The notes beneath the pieces are model-generated. The model saw nothing but the letters and a program-made list of their open reading frames with translations. It made no database searches and was not told the origin of the DNA. 45,646 bases of DNA. Source: Callorhinchus milii. Lineage: Eukaryota. A program made the translations under genes and the position numbers. Every line of letters starts with the position of its first letter. The stretch's first letter is position 1. Below, one piece after another: positions 1-11,485 of this stretch. Location: the NCBI RefSeq assembly GCF_018977255.1, contig NW_024705425.1, positions 1 to 45,646 on the forward strand. Reading direction: 5' to 3'.

Positions 1-49
1 AGACGTCTCGAAGACATGATAATTATTATTGTTATTATATTATTTCCAG

Positions 50-133
50 CACCAGAAATATATGGAGAATAAGCTAAAGTGCACAAGGGCACGGAATGAC
101 TACCTCCTGAACTTAACAGTTGCCAATGCAGCA
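50..133 (+). other. ARHGAP4: Inverted, truncated exon 6 fragment of the ARHGAP4/SRGAP-family gene (F-BAR domain)
   Basis: After acceptor ttccag (44-49) it reads HQKYMENKLKCTRARNDYLLNLTVANAA, matching the SRGAP/ARHGAP4 segment (RQAKYxENKLKCTKARNDYLLNL) that normally follows exon 5. It is on the opposite strand to exons 2-5, and similarity is lost after ANAA. Confidence 0.75.
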
Positions 134-166
134 AAGCACTTCACAACCACCCACACAATCTACAGC

Positions 167-548
167 TTTACTGTGTCTCTAACCCTGACCTGGGAGTGTG
201 GACGCACAGTGTAGAGGGAGCGTTACTGTGTCTGTAACCCTGACCTGGGAGTGTGGACACACAGTGTAGAGGAGCGTTACTGTGTCTCTAACCCTGACCT
301 GGGAGTGTGGACGCACAGTGTAGAGGAGCTTACTGTGTCTCTAACCCTGACCTGGGAGTGTGGACACACAGTGTAGAGGGAGCGTTACTGTGTCTCTAAC
401 CCTGACCTGGGAGTGTGGACGCACAGTGTAGAGGGAGCGTTACTGTGTCTCTAACCCTGACCTGGGAGTGTGGACGCACAGTGTAGAGGAGCTTTACTGT
501 GTCTCTAACCCTGACCTGGGAGTGTGGACGCACAGTGTAGAGGGAGCT
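167..548 (+). repeat. ~57-59 bp minisatellite (GTGTCTCTAACCCTGACCTGGGAGTGTGGACRCACAGTGTAGAGGGAGCGTTACT), ~6.5 units
   Basis: Tandem units visible directly. The same family recurs inverted at ~3626-3721 and ~9726-9978, and forward at ~10728-10820 and ~19642-19730. Confidence 0.9.
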
Positions 549-554
549 ACATAC

Positions 555-3511
555 CTTCTCCTTGATTTTCTCTGCCTTGCGGATGGAGCTGCGACGCTGA
601 GGTTTGGAGTCCGGGCTGGGCTGAGCGACAGCGAGCTCGACTGTGATCCCCAATTGCTTCTCCGCCTCTTTCAGCTTCGTCTCCGCGATGATGCTGTTTG
701 TGTGGTACTGGTGATAGGTCTTCATTGCCTGGTGTGGGGATATGGGGTCAGAGATCAGATCGCATTAACTGGATGTGTTCAATAGATGGAACTTTGTGGA
801 GTCCTTTGTGGAGTCCTGTAGCTCCGTGGTTAGAGCACTCGCCTTGCAAGCGAGAGATCTGGGTTCAATTCCAGGCAAGAGCTGGCACAGGCATGATGGG
901 CCGAATGGCCTCCTTTTGTGCTGTAGGAATCTATGATTGTATGACACTGGCCTGAGGCTGTGATATATAGACCAAGGAGAGTGGAACATGTGCACACAGA
1001 CTCACCGTCTGGAGCTCGCTGGTGACTTTGAAGAGCTCTTCCTGCATCTGAATGCCAATTTCTTTACTCTGTGAACCCACAGAGAGAAGCTGTGATCAGG
1101 GGAGTCTGACTACAAGTCACACCTCAGAGGAAACATCACACATACAGGGTAAAAGATGGCAGAGATAGAGGAGAGAGGGCGGGAGAGAGAGAGAAAGAGA
1201 GAGGGTGAGGGGAGAGAGATGGGGAGAGAGGAGACAGACAGATACACACACCACCACACATACACACAGTGAGAGGCAGACACACACACAGTGAAGGAGG
1301 TAGAGAGAGAGACACACACACATATACAGTGAAAGACGCAGAGAGATACAGACAGACAGACAGACACACACACACACCCACACTATGAAAAAGGCAGAGC
1401 GAGACACACACACACACACACAGAGTGAAAGGCAGAGACAGACAGACACACACTCACACTATGAAAGAGGCAAAGAGAGACACACAGTGAAAGAGGCAGA
1501 GAGATACAGACAGACAAACAGACAGACACACACCCACACTATGAAAGAGGCAGAGAGACACACACACACACACACACAAACAATGAAAGAGGCCGAGAGA
1601 CACAGACAGACACACACTGTGCCGCTCGGTTACCCTTTTGGACAGCCGGCTGACGTCCTCTGAGATGTGGGCGAGGCGTAGGGTGATATTGTTGGTGTAG
1701 ACCTCACTCAGAGCGACGTGATCCTTGCTCTCTTTCCGGGTCTGGCTCAGGATCAGGTACCAGCAGTTCACAGGAGACAGGAGATTCTGGTCCTTCCTGA
1801 CAACACACACACACACAGCCCCATCAAAGCCCTTCCACCTCTCAGCAGTAAGTAGGAATCCGCTACTTGTTAGTCGATTGGCGGATCACTTTCCGGGGGC
1901 AATAATCCCTCCAAAAAAAATAATTGCGCTGTGCACAATTGACTGCCGTGTTCCTCCCACAGAATACAGTCACTACACTTTACTGTATAATAATAATAAT
2001 CCTGGCATTTGATATAGCGCTTCTCACGTCGGGAGGACGTCCCAAAGCGCTTCACAGAACACACTGTAAAGTGAATTGACTGTATATTTGTGGGCAAACG
2101 CGGCAGCCAATTGCGCACAGCGGTGTCTGTCCCACAAACAGTCGTGGATTGAAAATGATGAATTTATTATTGTTTTGGGTTTTGGAGGGTTATTATTAGG
2201 GCCGTGTGTGGGGTAAGGATAGGTTTCGCCCTCTGCCTGGAATTGAACTCAGGTCTCTCACTTGCAAAGCGAGTGCTCTAACCACTGAGCTACAGGACTC
2301 CACAAATAATCCGTGAAGCGCTTTGAGATGTCTCGATGATGTATATCTAGTGTATATTTAGTGGGTGTGTCGGTGACTCGAGGTCACAGATTCAAAATAG
2401 TCTCTAAAAGAAGCCGAGGGGAGGTGAGAAGGAATTTTTTGTCACGCAGCGAGTTGTTGGTATCTGGAGCATTGCCTGAAAGGGCGGTCGAGGCCGATCC
2501 GATAACTACCTTTAAAAGCGCGGTGGACGGTTATTTGAGGAGGACGGGTTTGCAGGTTATGGGGAAAGGGCCGGGGGAGTGGGACTGACATTACACTGCT
2601 CTTCTCAAAGAGCCATCACAGACGCGATGGGCCGAATGGCCTCTTTTTGTGCTGTACGATTCTACGATGATCGAATGCAAATTGCACACAGCAGCGTCCC
2701 ACAAACAGTCGTGGATTGAGTGACCAAAATTTTATTTTTACTTTGGGAGGGATTATTACAGCCGGATTTGAGCCGTCTCAAAGATGTGATAATAATAATA
2801 GTAAACCTTGCATTTGACACAGCGCCTTCGAGACATCTCAAAGCGCTTCACAGAATACACTGTAAAGTGCAGTGACTGTATACTTTGTGGGCGAAACGCG
2901 GCAGCCAATTAGGCACATCAGTGTCCCACACACAGCTGTGGATTGAGTGACCAATTTTTTTATTAATATTTTCTTGAAGGAATTATTACCCCCGGAAAAG
3001 TGATCCACCAATCGACTGACAACCGGTTTCCTACTTACGGCTGGTAAACAGAGGGGTGTGGAGGAAGGAAATTTGCCCAACATTTCGCCCTGCCGGGAAT
3101 CGAACCCAGGTCTCTCGCTTGCAAAGCGAGTGCTCTAACCCCCTGAGCTACAGGACTCCACACCAATTGGACTTGAGGTACAGATCAGCCATTATTTTAT
3201 ACAATGGCGGAACAAGCTTGAGGGGCTGAATGGTCTCCTCCTGTTTCTATCAGTCTAAAACAGTGCTGTGAGAGTGTTTTTGTGAGGGGAGATGAGGTGA
3301 GGGGCTGATTCTGACCTGATGTTCTGATGCTCTTTTGAGTGGCGGATCTTGGAGGAGAATCTCTCTGCCAGTCTCTCCAGCCCCCGGGAGTACTCAAGCT
3401 CGATCTCGGCCTTCCTACGGAAAAAGTCACCCACATCCTGCAGGTACTGATTGCGTATATCCACCTGGAAATCCAGGCACTTGAACTGTTCAGCCAACTG
3501 GGCCCGAATCT
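555..3511 (-). CDS. ARHGAP4: ARHGAP4 / SRGAP-family Rho GTPase-activating protein, F-BAR domain exons 2-5 (partial gene)
   Basis: Exons 3511-3316 (196 nt, [51 protein letters not shown]...), 1796-1634 (163 nt, [26 protein letters not shown]...), 1068-1006 (63 nt, [21 protein letters not shown]), 728-555 (174 nt, AMKTYHQYH...KIKEK). All have AG/GT boundaries and consistent phases. ARHGAP4 rather than SRGAP1-3 is inferred from linkage to NAA10. Exon 1 was not found. Confidence 0.85.
1988..2302 (-). mobile_element. tRNA-derived SINE (DeuSINE-like), near full length
   Basis: On minus: head GGAGTCCTGTAGCTCAGTGGTTAGAGCACTCGC (Pol III A/B boxes), central AATTGGCTGCCGCGTT, tail GTGAAGCGCTTTGGGACGTCC...GCGCTATATCAAATGC-(ATT)n. 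Confidence 0.8.
2361..2670 (+). mobile_element. CR1-type LINE 3' fragment
   Basis: Degenerate ORF2 C-terminus (TRGHRFKI...RGEVRRNF...[16 protein letters not shown]) followed by the CR1-like tail GATGGGCCGAATGGCCTC...TTCTACGA. Confidence 0.8.
2800..3160 (-). mobile_element. tRNA-derived SINE copy
   Basis: Same head, core and tail as the other copies. Confidence 0.75.
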
Positions 3512-5749
3512 CTGTGGAGACAGCAGACAGCGCTGAAGATAGAGGGAACGAGAGAGAGAGACAGAGACACAGAGAGACAGAGTCATGGAATAGAAACAGA
3601 GTCAGTCACTGTGAGTCCACCATCTCAGGTCAGGGTTAGAGACACAGTAAAGCTCCTCTACACTGTGTGTCCACACTCCCAGGTCAGGGTGAGAGACAGA
3701 AAAAAGCCTCATCTACACTGTCCCATCCCGAACAACACCACCTTGTATTTATAACAGTGCCCTTCAAGCAGAGTAATGTCTTAGACTGTAATCCAGGATT
3801 GTTTGTGGGACACAACTGCTTGCAATTATAATTTGAAAAAATCCTTGCATTTGATTTCGCACCTTATCACGTGAATTGACTTAGTGTATTTTGTGGGCGA
3901 AACGCGGCAGCCAATTGTGCACAGCAGCGTCCCCACAAACACTCATGGATTGAGTGACCAAACTATTATGATTTTTTTTATTGAAGGGATTATATCCCCG
4001 GAAAAGTGATCCGCAAATTGACCGACAGGCGGTTTCCTAGTTACTGGTAGGTAGGCAGAGCCGTGTGTGTGTGTGTGTGTGTGTGTGGAGTAAGGAAACT
4101 TGCCTAAGGTTTCGCCCTGTACCGCCCGGCTGGGGGCGAACCCAGGTCCTCTCGCTCGCAAGGTGAGCGCTCACCACTTTGGGTTGCAGTCAGCCACTGC
4201 ACTAATCCACTTCAGTGTCTGCAGTTATTGATCAGTGCTCCCTCAAGCAGGCACTGACAGCAGGCCAGCAGCCCAGTCACACACACACTCAATCCTCTCC
4301 ACTGCAGTGGATTAGGTCTATGTGGACTGTCAGCCAAGTCCCTAAAGTGCACTGGTGCTTATCAGGTTGCGGTGATCTGCAAGAGCACACTGCCATTAGC
4401 TGATTGGGGTGGTCGGAATGGGACGCTCTCTCTCTCTCTCTCTCTCTCTGGAGGGAACCCCCGCCTCCTCCCCCCCACCCCTCCGCTTACCTAATTCCGG
4501 AGAGTATTAGGCGCAGGTTGGGGGAGAACCCAGAGTGTGTGTTGGGGTAACTGCTGAGGTCTAACCAGCTCAAACCACACAGCTTGCCATTGAGAGCTCG
4601 GTCTGGCGAGCTTTCCCGCTGCTTGTCCAGCCAATAGCGCTCATCAGTGTCCCACAAACAGTCATGGATTGTTCGACCAAATTTTTTTTTATATATGAAG
4701 GATTATTACCCCCGGAAAAGCGATCCACCAATCAACTAACAGGTGGCTTCCTACTTACTGCTCGGTAAACAGAGGTGTGTGTGTGTGTGGAGTAAGGAAA
4801 CTTGCCTAAGGTTTCGCCCTGTCCTGTCAAAATCTTGGACAGGTCTCCTTTCTCCATACACCGCTGTTTACCAGCAATAAGTAACCCACTTGTTAGTCAA
4901 CTGGCCGATTGCTTTCCGGGGGTAATAATCCCTCCAAACAATAATAACAATTTAGTCACTCGATCCACGACTATTTTTGGATTGTCGCTGTCTGCAATTG
5001 TCTGCCACATGTCGCCCACAAAATACACAGTCGCTGCTCTTTACAGTGTATCCTGTGAAGTGCTTTGAGACGTTTCAATGTCGTAATAAGGTACTATATC
5101 AAATGCAAGGATTATGACTGTTATTATAAAAGGAAAAATGCGCAAGGCTATGAGGAAAGAGCAGGGGTTGGGAGTAGGACGGGTTGGGGTAAGGGCGGGG
5201 GAGTCGGACGAGTTGGTAGCTCTTTCAAAGAGCTGGCACGGGCACGATGGGCCGAAAGGCCTCCCTCTGTGCCACAATATTCAATGATTGTGTGAATCCA
5301 CCCCCTTATTCTGCGCGTCATAACCTCTGTGGTTGAGGGCACACCAGCTTTGCCCTGCTACATTTCCTCCAGAGCTAAAACCAACGCTCGTCTAGAACGC
5401 TCGCCAGCTTCCCCCAGTGCCCACACACGTTGCAATGCTTTGCGATGCAGAGAGCAGCACATTGGGGGAGGTGGAAGTTGCACAAGAACAAAACGGAAAC
5501 TCTGGTTAACAAGGTCATGCGGTTCTCTCGCCCACTGGCATAAGTCAAGCCACTTTACAAGTCACAGTGACTTCCTGTGAAGCGCTTCGAGACGTCTCGA
5601 CGACGTGATAAGGCACTGTATCGAATGCAAGGATTATTATTATAAGAATTGCTAGACGATAGATGGAAGACCAAGGTCCACCCAGTTCGCCTTCCATCGT
5701 CCTGGCAGTCGCTTGCACGTGCGGTGTCCCAAACTATATACTGTATCCG

Positions 5750-6122
5750 CAGATATAATAATCCTTGCACTCGAGACGTCTCAAAGCGCTTCACGGATAA
5801 TATATTATAAAGTGTAGTGACTGTGTATTTGTGGGCGAAACGCAGCAGCCAATTGCGCACAGCAGTGTCTAACAAACAGTCGTGGATCGAGTGAGCAATT
5901 TTTTGGGGGGGGGGGGGCGGGAGGGACTATCACACCCGGAAAGCAATCCGCCAATCGACTGACTAACAACCGGGTTCCTACTTACTGCTGGGTGACCAGA
6001 GGCGCGCGCGCGTGTGTGTGGTAAAGAAACTTGCCTAAGGTTTCGCCCTATCCTGCCCAGCCTGGTATTGAACCCAGGTCCTTTCGCTTGCGAGGAGAGT
6101 GCTCTAACCACTGTGCTACGTG
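5750..6122 (-). mobile_element. tRNA-derived SINE copy
   Basis: Head ends near 6120 on minus; tail near 5755. Confidence 0.75.
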
Positions 6123-6630
6123 ACACCATTTTGTGTTGTTGTTTTGGGTGATGTCCTTTTGTATTGACCTGGGTTTACTTTTGCTGGTTTGTCTCTCGCT
6201 CGCTCTCTCTCCCTCTCCTCCCCCCACACGCACATGCACACATCCTGTGTTGTCTGCCTCGATCACAAGCTTGGCACAGTCCTGTGTGTGTGTGTGAAGA
6301 CAACAGCCTGCTTAACACTAAATGACAAGTCTCAGAGAAAGAGGGTATCCGGCCTGCGGTCCAAAGAATGTCTCACTCACAGGCTTGACATTGGCCCTCA
6401 GAGTCTGAGAGTAATGGGAGGGTTTTGCGTCTATTGAGTGGGCGAAACACGGCAGTCAATTGCACACAGCAATGTCCCACAAACAGACTTTTAATGCTGT
6501 TTGGTTAGCGATAGCTCTCTCGTCATTGGGTCGCTGAGAGGTCTCAAAACGCCTCACAGCATTTTATTGATGATAATGATGGTAATAATAATCTTTGCAT
6601 TTGATATAGGCCTTATCACATCGCTTGGGA

Positions 6631-9600
6631 AGTGTGGACGCACAGTGTAGAGGGAGCTACATACCTTCTCCTTGATTTTCTCTGCCTTGCGGATGGAGCT
6701 GCGACGCTGAGGTTTGGAGTCCGGGCTGGGCTGAGCGACAGCGAGCTCGACTGTGATCCCCAATTGCTTCTCCGCCTCTTTCAGCTTCGTCTCCGCGATG
6801 ATGCTGTTGTGTGGTACTGGTGATAGGTCTTCATTGCCTGGTGTGGGGATATGGGGTCAGAGATCAGATCGCATTAACTGGATGTGTTCAATAGATGGAA
6901 CTTTGTGGAGTCCTTTGTGGAGTCCTGTAGCTCCGTGGTTAGAGCACTCGCCTTGCAAGCGAGAGATCTGGGTTCAATTCCAGGCAAGAGCTGGCACAGG
7001 CATGATGGGCCGAATGGCCTCCTTTTGTGCTGTAGGAATCTATGATTGTATGACACTGGCCTGAGGCTGTGATATATAGACCAAGGAGAGTGGAACATGT
7101 GCACACAGACTCACCGTCTGGAGCTCGCTGGTGACTTTGAAGAGCTCTTCCTGCATCTGAATGCCAATTTCTTTACTCTGTGAACCCACAGAGAGAAGCT
7201 GTGATCAGGGGAGTCTGACTACAAGTCACACCTCAGAGGAAACATCACACATACAGGGTAAAAGATGGCAGAGATAGAGGAGAGAGGGCGGGAGAGAGAG
7301 AGAAAGAGAGAGGGTGAGGGGAGAGAGATGGGGAGAGAGGAGACAGACAGATACACACACCACCACACATACACACAGTGAGAGGCAGACACACACACAG
7401 TGAAGGAGGTAGAGAGAGAGACACACACACATATACAGTGAAAGACGCAGAGAGATACAGACAGACAGACAGACACACACACACACCCACACTATGAAAA
7501 AGGCAGAGCGAGACACACACACACACACACAGAGTGAAAGGCAGAGACAGACAGACACACACTCACACTATGAAAGAGGCAAAGAGAGACACACAGTGAA
7601 AGAGGCAGAGAGATACAGACAGACAAACAGACAGACACACACCCACACTATGAAAGAGGCAGAGAGACACACACACACACACACACAAACAATGAAAGAG
7701 GCCGAGAGACACAGACAGACACACACTGTGCCGCTCGGTTACCCTTTTGGACAGCCGGCTGACGTCCTCTGAGATGTGGGCGAGGCGTAGGGTGATATTG
7801 TTGGTGTAGACCTCACTCAGAGCGACGTGATCCTTGCTCTCTTTCCGGGTCTGGCTCAGGATCAGGTACCAGCAGTTCACAGGAGACAGGAGATTCTGGT
7901 CCTTCCTGACAACACACACACACACAGCCCCATCAAAGCCCTTCCACCTCTCAGCAGTAAGTAGGAATCCGCTACTTGTTAGTCGATTGGCGGATCACTT
8001 TCCGGGGGCAATAATCCCTCCAAAAAAAATAATTGCGCTGTGCACAATTGACTGCCGTGTTCCTCCCACAGAATACAGTCACTACACTTTACTGTATAAT
8101 AATAATAATAATCCTGGAATTTGATATAGCGCTTTTCACGTTGGGAGGACGTCCCAAAGCGCTTCACAGAACACACTGTAAAGTGAATTGACTGTATATT
8201 TGTGGGCAAACGCGGCAGCCAATTGCGCACAGCGTGCCCCACAAACAGTCGTGGATTGAAAATGAAATTTTTATTGTTTTGGTTTTGGAGGTTATTATTA
8301 GGCTCTGTGTGGGGTAAGGAAACTTGCCCGAGGTTTCGCCCTCTGCCTGGAATTGAACTCAGGTCTCTCCTCTGCAAAGCGAGTGCTCTAACCACTGAGC
8401 TACAGGACTCCACAAATAATCCGTGAAGCGCTTTGAGATGTCTCGATGATGTATATCTAGTGTATATTTAGTGGGTGTGTCGGTGACTCGAGGTCACAGA
8501 TTCAAAATAGTCTCTAAAAGAAGCCGAGGGGAGGTGAGAAGGAATTTTTTGTCACGCAGCGAGTTGTTGGAATCTGGAGCATTGCCTGAAAGGGCGGTCG
8601 AGGCCGATCCGATAACTAAAAGCGCGGTGGACGGGTATTTGAGGAGGACGGGTTTGCAGGTTATGGGGAAAGGGCCGGGGGAGTGGGACTGACATTACAC
8701 TGCTCTTCTCAAGAGCCATCACAGACGCGATGGGCCGAATGGCCTCTTTTTGTGCTGTACGATTCTACGATGATCGAATGCAAATTGCACACAGCAGCGT
8801 CCCACAAACAGTCGTGGATTGAGTGACCAAAATTTTATTTTTACTTTGGGAGGGATTATTACAGCCGGATTTGAGCCGTCTCAAAGATGTGATAATAATA
8901 ATAGTAAACCTTGCATTTGACACAGCGCCTTCGAGACATCTCAAAGCGCTTCACAGAATACACTGTAAAGTGCAGTGACTGTATACTTTGTGGGCGAAAC
9001 GCGGCAGCCAATTAGGCACATCAGTGTCCCACACACAGCTGTGGATTGAGTGACCAATTTTTTTATTAATATTTTCTTGAAGGAATTATTACCCCCGGAA
9101 AAGTGATCCACCAATCGACTGACAACCGGTTCCTACTTACGGCTGGTAAACAGAGGGGTGTGGAGGAAGGAAATTTGCCCAACATTTCGCCCTGCCGGGA
9201 ATCGAACCCAGGTCTCTCGCTTGCAAAGCGAGTGCTCTAACCCCCTGAGCTACAGGACTCCACACCAATTGGACTTGAGGTACAGATCAGCCATTATTTT
9301 ATACAATGGCGGAACAAGCTTGAGGGGCTGAATGGTCTCCTCCTGTTTCTATCAGTCTAAAACAGTGCTGTGAGAGTGTTTTTGTGAGGGAGATGAGGTG
9401 AGGGGCTGATTCTGACCTGATGTTCTGATGCTCTTTTGAGTGGCGGATCTTGGAGGAGAATCTCTCTGCCAGTCTCTCCAGCCCCCGGGAGTACTCAAGC
9501 TCGATCTCGGCCTTCCTACGGAAAAAGTCACCCACATCCTGCAGGTACTGATTGCGTATATCCACCTGGAAATCCAGGCACTTGAACTGTTCAGCCAACT

Positions 9601-10668
9601 GGGCCCGAATCTCTGTGGAGACAGCAGACAGCGCTGAAGATAGAGGGAACGAGAGAGAGAGACAGAGACACAGAGAGACAGAGTCATGGAATAGAAACAG
9701 AGTCAGTCACGTGAGTCCACCATCTCAGGTCAGGGTTAGAGACACAGTAAAGCTCCTCTACACTGTGTGTCCACACTCCCAGGTCAGGGTTAGAGACACA
9801 GTAAAGCTCCTCTACACTGTGTGTCCACACTCCCAGGTCAGGGTTAGAGACACAGTAAAGCTCCTCTACACTGTGGTCCACACTCCCAGGTCAGGGTTAG
9901 AGATACAGTAACGCTCTACACTGTGTGTCCACACTCCCAGGTCAGGGTTAGAGACAGAAAAAAGCCTCATCTACACTGTCCCATCCCGAACAACACCACC
10001 TTGTATTTATAACAGTGCCCTTCAAGCAGAGTAATGTCTTAGACTGTAATCCAGGATTGTTTGTGGGACACAACTGCTTGCAATTATAATTTGAAAAAAT
10101 CCTTGCATTTGATTTCGCACCTTATCACGTGAATTGACTTAGTGTATTTTGTGGGCGAAACGCGGCAGCCAATTGTGCACAGCAGCGTCCCCACAAACAC
10201 TCATGGATTGAGTGACCAAACTATTATGATTTTTTTTATTGAAGGGATTATTATCCCCGGAAAAGTGATCCGCAAATTGACCGACAGGCGGTTTCCTAGT
10301 TACTGCTAGGTAGGCAGAGCCGTGTGTGTGTGTGTGTGTGTGTGGAGTAAGGAAACTTGCCTAAGGTTTCGCCCTGTACCGCCCGGCTGGGGGCGAACCC
10401 AGGTCCTCTCGCTCGCAAGGTGAGCGCTCACCACTTTGGGTTGCAGTCAGCCACTGCACTAATCCACTTCAGTGTCTGCAGTTATTGATCAGTGCTCCCT
10501 CAAGCAGGCACTGACAGCAGGCCAGCAGCCCAGTCACACACACACTCAATCCTCTCCACTGCAGTGGATTAGGTCTATGTGGACTGTCAGCCAAGTCCCT
10601 AAAGTGCACTGGTGCTTATCAGGTTGCGGTGATCTGCAAGAGCACACTGCCATTAGCTGATTGGGGTG
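6631..10668 (+). repeat. Near-identical duplicate of 521-4411
   Basis: Colinear match through exons, SINEs and microsatellites with only small indels. It ends exactly at the N gap. Confidence 0.9.
6665..9612 (-). pseudogene. ARHGAP4: Second copy of ARHGAP4 exons 2-5, frameshifted in exon 5 (probable assembly duplicate)
   Basis: Exons 9612-9417, 7905-7743, 7177-7115, 6837-6665. Exon 5 is 173 nt (gctgttgtgtg versus gctgtttgtgtg in copy 1). Confidence 0.7.
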
Positions 10669-10693
10669 NNNNNNNNNNNNNNNNNNNNNNNNN
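10669..10693. other. Assembly gap (25 N)
   Basis: Run of 25 N. Confidence 1.
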
Positions 10694-11057
10694 GAGAAAG
10701 CGCTTCACAGGTAACAGTTTAGAGGAAGCTTTACTGTGTCTCTAACCCTGACCCGGGAGTGTGGACAGTGTAGAGGAGCTTTACTGTGTCTCTAACCCTG
10801 ACCTGGGAGTGTGGACGGAGCTACTGTATTCACTGTGCTGTACTACTTGACTGACTGTGCTGAGAGCTTCTCACTGAGAGATCCACCCACCGAGAGGCCA
10901 CAGGTGATAAGCATTGCTCACAGCACAGCCCGGTAGCATTGTTTCCATGGTGCCTGTTATTTAAGGTCAGAGAGGACCTGGAAGATAGCTTGGAGCTACT
11001 CCACTTGTTTATAAAGTGAGTTGAAGCACACAGACTCCTCTGATGGCCAGTTTAATT

Positions 11058-11485
11058 GGAGTCCTGTAGCTCAGTGGTTAGAGCACTCGCCTCGCAAGCG
11101 AGAGGTCCCGGGTTTGATTTCCCGCCGGGTAGAGCGAAACCTTAGGCGGGTATCCTGTGGTATATTGTGGAGTCCTGTAGCTCAGTGGTTAGAGCACTCG
11201 CTTTGCGAGAGAGAGACCTGAGTGCAATTCCAGACAGAGGGCGAAACCTCGGGCAAGTTTCCTTACTCCACACAGAGCCTAATAATAATCCTCCAAAACA
11301 AAAACAATAACAAATTGGTCATTTTCAATCTACGACTGTTGTGGGGCATCGCTGTGCGCAATTGGCTGCCGCGTTCGCCCACAAATATACAGTCACTTCA
11401 CTTTACAGTGTGTTCTGTGAAGCGCTTTGGGACGTCCTCCCGACGTGAAAAGCGCTATATCAAAATGCAAGGATTATTATTATTT
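11058..11485 (+). mobile_element. tRNA-derived SINE with a doubled 5' head
   Basis: GGAGTCCTGTAGCTCAGTGGTTAGAGCACTCGC at ~11059 and again at ~11169, then one body and an (ATT)n tail. Duplicated at ~19956-20385. Confidence 0.75.

Noticed and set aside
167..548. Telomere-like CTAACCCT / GGGTTAG motifs
   Set aside because: Single hexamers within larger minisatellite units, not (TTAGGG)n arrays.
1110..1663. Cys/Val/Leu/Ser-rich ORFs (also 7219-7772 and 34291-35288)
   Set aside because: Translations of (CA)n/(GA)n microsatellite mosaics in introns.
6372..6410. Possible ARHGAP4 exon 1 (ATGTCAAGCCT|GTGAGT on minus)
   Set aside because: The donor is phase 2, whereas exon 2 needs phase 1, and there is no similarity to the SRGAP N-terminus.
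11058..11130. tRNA-Ala-like sequences (anticodon loop CGC/TGC), here and at other SINE heads
   Set aside because: No proper acceptor stem; each continues into a SINE body, so these are not tRNA genes.
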